Shown: positions 46,401 through 56,116 of the stretch, piece after piece
Position numbering within the stretch: the first letter of the stretch is position 1
Layout: every line of letters starts with the position of its first letter
Source: TPA_inf: Saccharomyces
Lineage: Eukaryota
Assembly (NCBI GenBank): GCA_000146045.2
Contig: BK006937.2
Location: 224,001 to 288,000, forward strand
Length of the DNA stretch: 64,000 bases
Direction: 5' to 3'
Notes under the pieces: model-generated
Told to the model about the DNA's origin: nothing
The model's database searches: none
What the model saw: only the letters and a program-made list of their open reading frames with translations
Made by a program: the position numbers and the translations under genes

Positions 46401-48263
46401 AGAAGTACTCCTTTTCCATACTTAACTTCTTCAACGTCAAGTTCCTCTTTAGCCTCCACCAAAAAAAGTTCCTTAGAAGCCTCCTCAGAAATGTCCACCT
46501 TTTCTGTCAGTACGCAAAGTTTGCCTTTGGCATTCACAAGTTCAGAAAAACGCTCCACCACATCTGTCTCTCAATGGTCAAATACCGTTTTAACTAATAC
46601 AATAATGTCCTCTTCTTCTAATGTCATATCAACAAATGAAAAGCCCAGTAGTACTACCTCTCCATACAACTTCTCTTCGGGGTACTCTTTACCTTCTTCT
46701 TCTACACCTTCCCAATATTCACTATCTACAGCTACTACAACAATCAACGGAATCAAAACTGTGTACACAACTTGGTGTCCATTGGCAGAAAAATCTACTG
46801 TAGCTGCTTCTTCTCAATCTTCCCGCAGTGTTGACAGGTTTGTTTCGTCGTCAAAACCATCCTCATCTTTATCTCAGACCTCTATTCAATATACATTATC
46901 TACTGCTACCACCACCATAAGTGGTTTGAAGACTGTATACACGACTTGGTGTCCATTAACAAGTAAATCGACTTTAGGTGCTACTACTCAAACTTCCTCG
47001 ACAGCCAAAGTTAGAATTACTTCCGCTTCATCTGCAACATCTACTTCTATTTCTTTGAGCACTTCAACAGAATCAGAATCTTCATCTGGATATTTGTCGA
47101 AAGGAGTATGCTCAGGTACTGAATGTACGCAAGATGTGCCAACACAATCATCCTCACCTGCTTCAACGTTAGCATATTCCCCCTCTGTTTCTACATCATC
47201 ATCATCATCATTCTCAACAACAACTGCATCAACACTAACGTCAACACACACCTCTGTCCCGTTATTACCATCATCTAGCTCTATATCAGCATCTTCGCCA
47301 TCATCAACTTCGTTGTTATCCACTTCTTTACCATCTCCCGCTTTTACGTCATCAACACTTCCAACAGCAACAGCAGTATCTTCCTCCACTTTCATAGCGT
47401 CTTCTCTACCATTGTCCTCTAAATCATCATTGTCGTTATCGCCAGTCTCGTCGTCTATTTTGATGTCTCAGTTTTCATCATCATCATCATCATCATCATC
47501 ATTGGCATCGTTGCCATCTCTTTCTATATCACCAACTGTTGACACTGTTTCTGTTCTACAACCAACTACTTCCATCGCAACACTAACTTGCACAGACTCA
47601 CAATGCCAACAGGAGGTATCCACTATCTGTAATGGATCCAACTGTGACGATGTGACTTCAACTGCCACTACTCCTCCATCTACGGTTACTGATACTATGA
47701 CATGTACTGGATCTGAGTGCCAGAAAACCACATCTAGCAGCTGTGATGGTTACTCGTGTAAAGTATCCGAAACGTATAAATCAAGCGCTACAATATCTGC
47801 ATGTAGTGGAGAAGGATGCCAAGCTTCCGCTACAAGTGAGCTAAATTCTCAATACGTCACGATGACGTCTGTCATTACCCCAAGTGCCATAACAACAACA
47901 TCAGTGGAAGTGCATTCAACTGAATCCACTATATCAATTACTACAGTGAAGCCAGTTACATATACATCCAGTGATACTAATGGAGAACTGATAACCATAA
48001 CAAGTTCCAGCCAAACTGTAATTCCATCAGTAACGACGATAATAACGAGAACAAAAGTGGCCATAACTTCAGCACCAAAGCCAACAACTACGACCTATGT
48101 CGAGCAACGACTTTCCTCCAGTGGGATTGCTACTTCTTTTGTTGCTGCTGCATCCTCAACTTGGATTACTACACCCATTGTCAGTACGTATGCTGGTTCG
48201 GCGTCAAAATTTCTCTGTAGTAAGTTCTTTATGATAATGGTAATGGTGATCAACTTCATTTAA
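43434..48263 (+). CDS. FIG2: FIG2 (YCR089W), GPI-anchored Ser/Thr-rich mating adhesin, 1609 aa
   Basis: Signal peptide (MNSFASLGLIYSVVNLLTRVEAQ), extreme S/T content, repeated TEYTTWCP / TVYTTWCPL and TEVCSHSxCTPTVIT motifs, and a C-terminal GPI-signal-like hydrophobic tail (GSASKFLCSKFFMIMVMVINFI). Confidence 0.95.
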   Translation: MNSFASLGLIYSVVNLLTRVEAQIVFYQNSSTSLPVPTLVSTSIADFHESSSTGEVQYSSSYSYVQPSIDSFTSSSFLTSFEAPTETSSSYAVSSSLITSDTFSSYSDIFDEETSSLISTSAASSEKASSTLSSTAQPHRTSHSSSSFELPVTAPSSSSLPSSTSLTFTSVNPSQSWTSFNSEKSSALSSTIDFTSSEISGSTSPKSLESFDTTGTITSSYSPSPSSKNSNQTSLLSPLEPLSSSSGDLILSSTIQATTNDQTSKTIPTLVDATSSLPPTLRSSSMAPTSGSDSISHNFTSPPSKTSGNYDVLTSNSIDPSLFTTTSEYSSTQLSSLNRASKSETVNFTASIASTPFGTDSATSLIDPISSVGSTASSFVGISTANFSTQGNSNYVPESTASGSSQYQDWSSSSLPLSQTTWVVINTTNTQGSVTSTTSPAYVSTATKTVDGVITEYVTWCPLTQTKSQAIGVSSSISSVPQASSFSGSSILSSNSSTLAASNNVPESTASGSSQYQDWSSSSLPLSQTTWVVINTTNTQGSVTSTTSPAYVSTATKTVDGVITEYVTWCPLTQTKSQAIGISSSTISATQTSKPSSILTLGISTLQLSDATFKGTETINTHLMTESTSITEPTYFSGTSDSFYLCTSEVNLASSLSSYPNFSSSEGSTATITNSTVTFGSTSKYPSTSVSNPTEASQHVSSSVNSLTDFTSNSTETIAVISNIHKTSSNKDYSLTTTQLKTSGMQTLVLSTVTTTVNGAATEYTTWCPASSIAYTTSISYKTLVLTTEVCSHSECTPTVITSVTATSSTIPLLSTSSSTVLSSTVSEGAKNPAASEVTINTQVSATSEATSTSTQVSATSATATASESSTTSQVSTASETISTLGTQNFTTTGSLLFPALSTEMINTTVVSRKTLIISTEVCSHSKCVPTVITEVVTSKGTPSNGHSSQTLQTEAVEVTLSSHQTVTMSTEVCSNSICTPTVITSVQMRSTPFPYLTSSTSSSSLASTKKSSLEASSEMSTFSVSTQSLPLAFTSSEKRSTTSVSQWSNTVLTNTIMSSSSNVISTNEKPSSTTSPYNFSSGYSLPSSSTPSQYSLSTATTTINGIKTVYTTWCPLAEKSTVAASSQSSRSVDRFVSSSKPSSSLSQTSIQYTLSTATTTISGLKTVYTTWCPLTSKSTLGATTQTSSTAKVRITSASSATSTSISLSTSTESESSSGYLSKGVCSGTECTQDVPTQSSSPASTLAYSPSVSTSSSSSFSTTTASTLTSTHTSVPLLPSSSSISASSPSSTSLLSTSLPSPAFTSSTLPTATAVSSSTFIASSLPLSSKSSLSLSPVSSSILMSQFSSSSSSSSSLASLPSLSISPTVDTVSVLQPTTSIATLTCTDSQCQQEVSTICNGSNCDDVTSTATTPPSTVTDTMTCTGSECQKTTSSSCDGYSCKVSETYKSSATISACSGEGCQASATSELNSQYVTMTSVITPSAITTTSVEVHSTESTISITTVKPVTYTSSDTNGELITITSSSQTVIPSVTTIITRTKVAITSAPKPTTTTYVEQRLSSSGIATSFVAAASSTWITTPIVSTYAGSASKFLCSKFFMIMVMVINFI
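44619..45182 (+). repeat. 327-bp tandem duplication inside FIG2. A 231-bp core (44619-44849 and 44946-45176) differs at 1 nt.
   Basis: The peptide NVPESTASGSSQYQDWSSSSLPLSQTTWVVINTTNTQGSVTSTTSPAYVSTATKTVDGVITEYVTWCPLTQTKSQAIG occurs twice. At the nucleotide level the copies differ only by aagTgg vs aagCgg, and then diverge at the 3' end (ggggtcagttcg vs gggatcagttca). Confidence 0.9.
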
Positions 48264-48314
48264 TTTCCCGTATATATTATATGTACGTATATATGCTATA
48301 AACAGACACTCTTT

Positions 48315-48863
48315 TTACTTACCTTTAATAATGCTTGATGAGAAATCAGTCATTGTTACTTCTTCCCCAAGGTTGTCATCATAATCATACCATTCATTAT
48401 CCTCTAGTTGGCATGACATTACTTTCCCCGAACTTAGAGAAACTTCAAACGTTATGGTGTCGGGATAAAATTTGATTAATTCACAACCTCTGCAATCAAG
48501 GCTTAAAGGAATGAAAGAATCTTCTTTGACCTTCGATAAACCATGCTTCTTCCGCACATCTTTTATCTTGGCCCATTTGTCGTCACTCTGATCAGTTAAA
48601 TATTCATCCTCAAAAGCGCACAGGTTAACTGACAATTCTTTTGAACAAAATTTACACTTCATCAAGAAAGATGCGGTACCTTTTGATGCCGGCATAGCAT
48701 ATTCTTCAAATGTATTGATGATGACTTTAGAATCGTGTAATTCTCTACAACTGGTACATTGTAGATCGAAGGCAAATTCTGCCCTTGATTCGTTTGTATT
48801 CTCAATTGAAACCTTGGTCACGTTTTCTGATAATGTTGCTTTCAGAACCAAAAATAACGGCAT
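48315..48863 (-). CDS. YCR090C: YCR090C, conserved DUF866-family protein, 182 aa
   Basis: ORF with paired CxxC motifs (LQCTSCRE...KCKFCSKE; LDCRGCEL) typical of the UPF0587/DUF866 zinc-ribbon family. The start at the second ATG gives 182 aa. Confidence 0.8.
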   Translation of the reverse strand: MPLFLVLKATLSENVTKVSIENTNESRAEFAFDLQCTSCRELHDSKVIINTFEEYAMPASKGTASFLMKCKFCSKELSVNLCAFEDEYLTDQSDDKWAKIKDVRKKHGLSKVKEDSFIPLSLDCRGCELIKFYPDTITFEVSLSSGKVMSCQLEDNEWYDYDDNLGEEVTMTDFSSSIIKGK

Positions 48864-49025
48864 TATCGTACACAACCTGGTTTTCTTTATTGGTTAAGTT
48901 GTCTTTATTCAAAATTTTTCATTACTTCTTATAAACAGCTTCTTGACGCTTGTAATTTCATAAGTTTTTGATACAAGCAATGGAAACAAAATTAAGAAAA
49001 TGTAGGCAACGAAGAACTAAATTTG

Positions 49026-49044
49026 AAAAAAAAAAAAAAAAAAA
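49026..49044 (+). repeat. A19 homopolymer in the 1.5-kb YCR090C-KIN82 intergenic region
   Basis: Direct reading gives 19 consecutive A. Confidence 0.9.
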
Positions 49045-50403
49045 TTTACTGCCAAGATCATCTAAATTATCTTATAGTAGCAAAGCTTGAGCATAAAAGG
49101 ATCAATCTTTTAGTTTTTTATGGCAAAGTACATTTGCAGTAAGTAATTAGTGATGAGATAAACAAAGAATAATAATCCAATTCGAAATCAAAAATTCAAA
49201 CAACAAAAAACATAATTTCACATATATATCTAATTCATTCACGAAAAACACGTCAGTTCCTTCTGTCTGTTGTAAATAGGATGCATCCGCAGTGAATCAT
49301 GGAAATATTTCAAAACTTTCAGCCCAATCATTTTATTTGGTCAATGAAGCCATAAACGCTCCGTAATTCTAAGATTAAAAAAAATTCATAAAAATAAGGA
49401 CCAATATAAATATATATATTTAATGTGCTAGTGACAATCCTAGTGATAAAATTGCAAATTATACTACAATTGGTCATGGTGAAGCCTAAACACACCATTA
49501 CGTCTTCACAGTGTTATTCATTTTATTTTCAAAGGTATGCTACTACTAATGCACCAGTGTATACCATGATACGGTGAAAAGGGCATGTAATATTGCGTTA
49601 ATTTGTCGATAACCTTTCTTTACGTTTAAATTTTTTTTTTATAACTGGCGACACTAAACTTCTCGATAAAATACAACATAAAAAGCAGTACCTAGCTAAG
49701 CGAACAACAGATAATAAATAGCTAAACATCTAGGTTAATAGCCAATTAGCAATACATTTAAGGATTGATAGTGTGGTATTTACAAGGTAATAGCCCGCTA
49801 GGCTATAAGGAAACTACTCTAAATTCACCTTCCATATATGTGACTGCCAAGAAAATATTACTAGTTATCAAGCTTTTTTTGTGTGCATTCAACTTCAACG
49901 AATCCTTCGTCATCAATGAAACAAAAGAACAAGCCAGAACTGAAAAAAAAAAATCAAAACCACTAAGAATGTCACATCCTTCCAAAACTCCTGCTGGCTC
50001 TTCAACTCTTCAAAGAATATCAAGATAAATATCATTATCTCCAGTGTGGCCGACCCATGCATGAGTGCGAGGAGCATTAAGTTGGATCCTGGGAAAACAT
50101 GTCAAGGACATTCAATAAAGTACTTTTCATACTACAACAGACGCTAGAAGAACTAGAATGTAACCGTGAACTGCCTCTCAAACACATAATTATGATAGCG
50201 CCGTCTTCGGCATCCTTTTTCGGAAATATACTTTCCTTTTTCCCTCTTTCAGCTATATTGTTCAAGGAGTAACATAAGACATAATAACCCCAGTTTTTTT
50301 AGAGAAAGTTCTTCTTCTTTAATTATAGTATGTTTGAAACGTACAAGAATTCATTGAGTGCCCTAAGGATTACTGCAAACAAGGTTCAACAGTGTTGGTA
50401 CAC

Positions 50404-52566
50404 ATGACTCAGCAAGAATACCGTTCCCCCTCACAACGCTTATCCAAGGGGAGGAGCATGTCGCTACCCAAAATATTTGCTCGTAATTTGAGATCTCTGC
50501 AAAACAATGCACCTCCTGGCAAAAACATCAATGTCAATTGTTTGAACGTCAATTCTTGTTCGTTGTCCGCAAGCCCAAGCTCACAAATTAATATGGCTTG
50601 TAATGGAAACAAGCAAGATCTTCCCATACCGTTTCCCCTGCATGTAGAATGCAACGATAGCTGGTCAAGCTCCAAACTTAACAAGTTCAAATCAATGTTT
50701 AATCATAACAGATCAAAGAGCAGTGGTACTACAGATGCGTCAACTTCAGAAAAAGGTACGCATAAGCGTGAACCCCGGTCGACGATACATACAGAGCTGT
50801 TACAAAGTTCCATTATCGGTGAGCCAAATGTCCATAGTACTACAAGTAGCACACTTATACCCAATGAGGCGATATGCTCCACACCTAATGAGATCTCAGG
50901 TAGCTCTTCTCCGGACGCGGAGTTATTTACCTTTGACATGCCCACAGACCCGTCATCCTTCCACACTCCTAGCTCCCCAAGTTATATAGCAAAGGACAGT
51001 AGAAACCTGAGTAATGGATCTTTGAATGATATTAACGAAAATGAAGAGCTCCAAAATTTCCATAGAAAAATCAGCGAAAATGGCAGTGCCTCCCCCCTGG
51101 CTAACTTGTCATTATCCAATTCACCAATTGATTCCCCAAGGAAAAATAGCGAAACCAGAAAGGATCAAATACCTATGAACATAACACCACGTTTAAGGAG
51201 GGCCGCTTCCGAACCGTTCAATACGGCAAAGGATGGGTTAATGCGGGAAGATTACATTGCCTTGAAACAACCTCCAAGCTTGGGAGATATTGTAGAACCG
51301 AGGAGATCTCGTCGTTTAAGAACCAAGTCATTCGGTAACAAGTTCCAAGACATTACTGTCGAACCTCAATCCTTCGAAAAAATTAGACTACTTGGCCAAG
51401 GTGACGTAGGTAAAGTGTATTTAGTGAGGGAACGCGATACCAACCAGATATTCGCCCTGAAAGTTTTGAATAAACATGAGATGATCAAGAGGAAGAAAAT
51501 TAAACGAGTACTCACTGAACAGGAAATTCTCGCGACAAGTGATCATCCATTTATTGTGACACTGTATCATTCCTTTCAAACCAAAGACTATTTGTATCTC
51601 TGTATGGAATACTGCATGGGAGGGGAATTCTTTAGAGCCTTACAAACAAGAAAAAGTAAATGCATTGCAGAAGAAGATGCGAAGTTTTACGCCAGTGAAG
51701 TAGTAGCAGCTTTGGAATATTTACACCTACTGGGCTTCATATACAGAGATTTGAAACCCGAAAACATATTACTGCATCAATCTGGTCATGTCATGCTTTC
51801 TGACTTTGATTTATCCATCCAAGCAACGGGATCAAAAAAACCCACCATGAAAGACTCTACGTATTTAGATACAAAAATTTGTTCAGATGGATTCAGAACT
51901 AATTCCTTTGTTGGTACTGAAGAGTATTTAGCTCCAGAAGTAATCAGAGGGAATGGCCACACTGCAGCAGTAGACTGGTGGACTTTAGGAATATTGATTT
52001 ACGAGATGCTATTTGGCTGTACTCCATTTAAAGGAGATAATTCAAATGAAACATTCTCTAACATTTTAACCAAGGACGTCAAATTTCCACATGATAAGGA
52101 AGTTTCGAAGAATTGTAAAGACCTGATAAAGAAACTACTAAACAAAAACGAGGCAAAAAGGCTTGGTTCCAAATCAGGAGCTGCAGACATAAAGAGACAT
52201 CCCTTCTTCAAAAAAGTTCAGTGGTCGTTCTTAAGAAACCAAGACCCCCCTCTAATACCTGCATTAAATGATAACGGCTGCGAACTTCCTTTTATATTGT
52301 CTTGCAATAAACACCCGAAAAGGAACTCAGTGAGTGAACAGGAAACCAAAATGTTCTGTGAGAAAGTTGCAAACGATGATGAAATTGATGAGGCTGATCC
52401 ATTCCATGATTTTAATTCTATGAGTTTAACGAAGAAAGATCACAATATCTTAACCTACTCTGAAAATTATACCTACGGAAAAATTCTATACAAAGCAACT
52501 TGTACAAGGCCAAGGCATAACAGCTCACATAGAAGTTTCTTTAAAGACATCATACCTGAACTATAA
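50404..52566 (+). CDS. KIN82: KIN82 (YCR091W), AGC-family flippase kinase and FPK1 paralogue, 720 aa
   Basis: Ser/Thr-rich N-terminus. The kinase domain ([26 protein letters not shown]...[25 protein letters not shown]...) has the long activation-loop insert typical of the Fpk1/Kin82 family. The second ATG gives 720 aa. Confidence 0.9.
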   Translation: MTQQEYRSPSQRLSKGRSMSLPKIFARNLRSLQNNAPPGKNINVNCLNVNSCSLSASPSSQINMACNGNKQDLPIPFPLHVECNDSWSSSKLNKFKSMFNHNRSKSSGTTDASTSEKGTHKREPRSTIHTELLQSSIIGEPNVHSTTSSTLIPNEAICSTPNEISGSSSPDAELFTFDMPTDPSSFHTPSSPSYIAKDSRNLSNGSLNDINENEELQNFHRKISENGSASPLANLSLSNSPIDSPRKNSETRKDQIPMNITPRLRRAASEPFNTAKDGLMREDYIALKQPPSLGDIVEPRRSRRLRTKSFGNKFQDITVEPQSFEKIRLLGQGDVGKVYLVRERDTNQIFALKVLNKHEMIKRKKIKRVLTEQEILATSDHPFIVTLYHSFQTKDYLYLCMEYCMGGEFFRALQTRKSKCIAEEDAKFYASEVVAALEYLHLLGFIYRDLKPENILLHQSGHVMLSDFDLSIQATGSKKPTMKDSTYLDTKICSDGFRTNSFVGTEEYLAPEVIRGNGHTAAVDWWTLGILIYEMLFGCTPFKGDNSNETFSNILTKDVKFPHDKEVSKNCKDLIKKLLNKNEAKRLGSKSGAADIKRHPFFKKVQWSFLRNQDPPLIPALNDNGCELPFILSCNKHPKRNSVSEQETKMFCEKVANDDEIDEADPFHDFNSMSLTKKDHNILTYSENYTYGKILYKATCTRPRHNSSHRSFFKDIIPEL

Positions 52567-52763
52567 CATGTTTACAGAAAGATAAACCCATGGCCAAATT
52601 TCTGTATTGTTTCTCTCAATTTATCTTATGATAAAAATGTAAAAAATTATTTAAAAGTAAACAAATAAACAAAGGAACAATTCAAAAACGAGAAAGTGAA
52701 TGAAAAATATAATATCATTTATTGTCTGATAATGCTGCATTTAGAACATACGTACCATCCGCA

Positions 52764-55700
52764 TCAGTGGATATCCAATGATAGTAATTTCGCGAGTTTA
52801 TCCGTTGCTGTTATATTATCACTTTTTAATATTCTTTTCAAAGAGCTGAATAATTTCAACGCGTCTTCGTTAATGGATTCCTTCCGCAATTCTTCTGAAA
52901 TACTGAATGCCCGATTTATAATATCTTTGTCCAGGCGTGCCAATTTCGCCACATTCATCCCATAACTATTATAAGTCAATCCCTTTTTTAACTTATATAG
53001 AAAAATTACACTCATCCAGTCCTCGCCAGTTTTTTGTTCTTCCACGTAATCCATATGATAATTCCTTATTAACGGAGATTTGATTTCTCCCAGCATGGGA
53101 AAATGGGTAGTAAATAATATCAAGGGGCAGTCACTTAACTCAGAAAAATACTTTATTAAAGCATAAGAAATTGCTATACCATCGTGCGTGCCAGTACCTC
53201 TTCCCACTTCGTCTAATAATAGTAAAGACCGTTTATTGCAATTTTTCAAGATGTGTAGGATATCAAGCATTTCCACTTTAAAAGTAGAATCACCGTTTAT
53301 AATATCATCGTGCGCACCGATTCGAGTGAGTACGTTTTCAAATATGCTTAATCTGATCTCTTCTGCGGGGACAAATGAGCCGATCTGTGCCATTATAGTA
53401 AGCAGTGCCACTTGTCTAATATAAGATGATTTCCCACCCATATTCGGCCCCGTTATAATATTGATTTTACCGTTTTCTGGGGACATCATGATATCATTTG
53501 GTACATAATGAACATCCAGCGACTCGATAATTGGATTTCTTGCATTTTTTGCGATTATGGCTTGTTGACCATTCACAAAAGTTGGTCTAACATAATTTAC
53601 GTTGCATGATGTGGCTGCTAACGACAAAATACAGTCATACTGCGCCAAATTGAGTGTAATTTTACGGAGCTCTGTATATTCTGCCGTAATTTTGTTCAAG
53701 AATTCTTTATACTGTAGTTCAGATTCCCGAATTAATAAGTCCTTGTAATATTCTAGCTTTTGAGTCAGTTTCTGGGTTCTGGGAGTGGTAAATCTACTGA
53801 CCATCTTCGTATTGTTAACTTTTATCCAATCATCTGGCAAGTCCTTAATTTGCGAGTTTTTCACTTCGATTAAGTAATCAACTTCATCTCTAAAATTTAG
53901 ATATGGACGTTTGAGATATTTTCGTATTTCTGCCAATTCTTCCTTTAACTGTGACCGTACTGATTCGCTTTCCCTTTGAATTTTTATTATACCCTCTGAA
54001 CAATCATAGTTATTTAAATTAAAAAAATCCATTACTTGCTTATCTGAATTTTTTTCCATTACCGCAGAAACGTTGATCATGGTCAAAAAATGAGGCAACT
54101 GAGTGGTAGAAAGTAGTTCATTCAATTCACTAAATAGTCTAAAAAGTAAAGGAGATTGTTTGCCTATCCTTCCATCTGATGACTTGAAATGTTCTGACAG
54201 GTAAGATTGATGCATCTTGAAGTGATCAACGAAAGAAGTTATTTGCTTTAAATAGAAATAGACTTCTTTTCTAGAAGTTGTACCATACATTATGCGATTT
54301 AAAGTTCTTAATAAGTCAGGGGTATGATTCAACATTTGATTCAACGATTCAAAAAATATACTGTTGTTGATTTCGGATGTAATGCACTCAATGGCATCAA
54401 GCCGCTCTTCAATTTGGTGTACATCAACCAAAGGTTTGAGAATCCATTCTCTCAACATTCTTAATCCAAACGATGTCCTTGTATGGTCCAATAACCAAAA
54501 CAAAGAACCTTTACCACCATCATGGGTAAAAATGTCCAAACTTTGCAGGGAGTTAGGATCAAGTAACATATGTATTTTTGATGCGAAGGGCGAATAGATA
54601 GAAGGAATCAACATCACCTGCTCATTATTGTACTCAACCATATGCGAATATAACTTAGAAACTAAGCGTATGAGAGACGGCGAGAGTTGAATTTTCTCAT
54701 TCATTACTTTTATTGCCTGAACTACATGATCTTCCAAATCATACTCCTGCTTGTGTATTAAAGGACATGAAATATCTTTGAAAAATTTCGCTACATGTAA
54801 TGGAAGATCATCTGTATTTACCAGTACTTCTATGGGCTGTAAATATTTGATTCGTATCTGTAGTTTCTCATCAGCAAGATTAGGCTCTTCAAATTCATCA
54901 TACACGACTTCCCCGTTATTTAAATTGACAGAAATTAAGGAATATTTAGCCACCTTTCCCTGATGTACGTCACGGGACAAAGCCCATATACTGTTTGTAT
55001 CACCGAGAATACGTTTCCCCCTAAGGACAAAGGTGGAATTAACACCAAATGTAGCTTTGGTAAAGACATTTGAAATCTTTCTTTCAAAAACGCTTGATTT
55101 GCTGGCACCTGGATCATGCTTCTTAATAGCGCTTGTTTCTGCTTGCTCTACCACGGCAACCTTTAAATTATGATGCACAAGTCTCTCTAGGTGAACGTTT
55201 AATCTGACATCCGGGAAAGAACAGTACGCAAACTGCCTATGATTGCAATCTTGAGGATTAGACTCATCGATAGTCAATTTTCCAGGCACAAGTTTGATGT
55301 GAAGTATTCTGCTAACCGTTACTGCATCCTCTGCAAAACATTTGTACTTGTAGCCTACTCTAATAACAAGCACTTTATCTCTATGATGCATTTTCAGGTC
55401 CTTCACCTGTTTGTCCAAGGGAGTAAGTTTCGCTGTAGGGGACTTTCTGGCTTTTTTTTTTACGAAATCTTCCTCACCCTCTTCCTCATCATCTTCAGCC
55501 TCAACATTTTCATCACTTCGTCTTTTCATAATCCTATCCAATTTCTTAGCAAAGTCAATATCATTAAATGTTGTCGAAGTACCACTAGTCTTTTCTGAAT
55601 TTTTCGAATTCTTGGAAGAAACACTGCCTTTGAGTGGAAAGCTATCATTAGTTACTGTTGTGCTTGCAACAGAAGATAAATTGTCCTCTTCATCAGTGTC

Positions 55701-55820
55701 AAGGCAGATGGATTCGCTACCAGCGCCATTTCCAACCGCAACTTCTTGTTCTTGCTTATGCGTCAGCTCTGATTTTACCGCCTTCTTGAAAAACCTGCTT
55801 ATTGTGGGTTGTCCCGCCAT
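52764..55820 (-). CDS. MSH3: MSH3 (YCR092C), MutS homologue for insertion/deletion-loop mismatch repair, 1018 aa (the ORF is open to 55907, which would give 1047 aa)
   Basis: MutS domains with Walker A ([16 protein letters not shown]) and Walker B/TH motifs ([16 protein letters not shown]). The start at [13 protein letters not shown] places a PCNA-interacting QxxISxFF PIP box at the extreme N-terminus. Confidence 0.9.
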
Positions 55821-56116
55821 TATTGTTAATAGATTCAACAAAATAAATCTATTTGCACTGCTTTTGGCTCTCAAAAGTACCAGTTTAGGTTCATTACCTA
55901 TCACCATTGTTCCAGCTTATTTATCATTGAAAATTCACGTGATCGCAATATTCCGTCAGGAGTGATAAATACACGAAAATTTTTCTTTTTTTTCGGTGGC
56001 AACCAAAGTCAAACCATCGAATTCGAATAAGATAAACAGGGGCAAAGGTGAGTCGGGGAAACACTATTGGTAAAAGATAAGCAATTGAGAAACGTCACTC
56101 AGGGACAATTGATTAC

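Noticed and set aside
49765-50028. 87-aa and 60-aa ORFs in the YCR090C-KIN82 intergenic region
   Set aside because: Short, AT-rich and overlapping each other on opposite strands, with no domain or coding-like codon bias.
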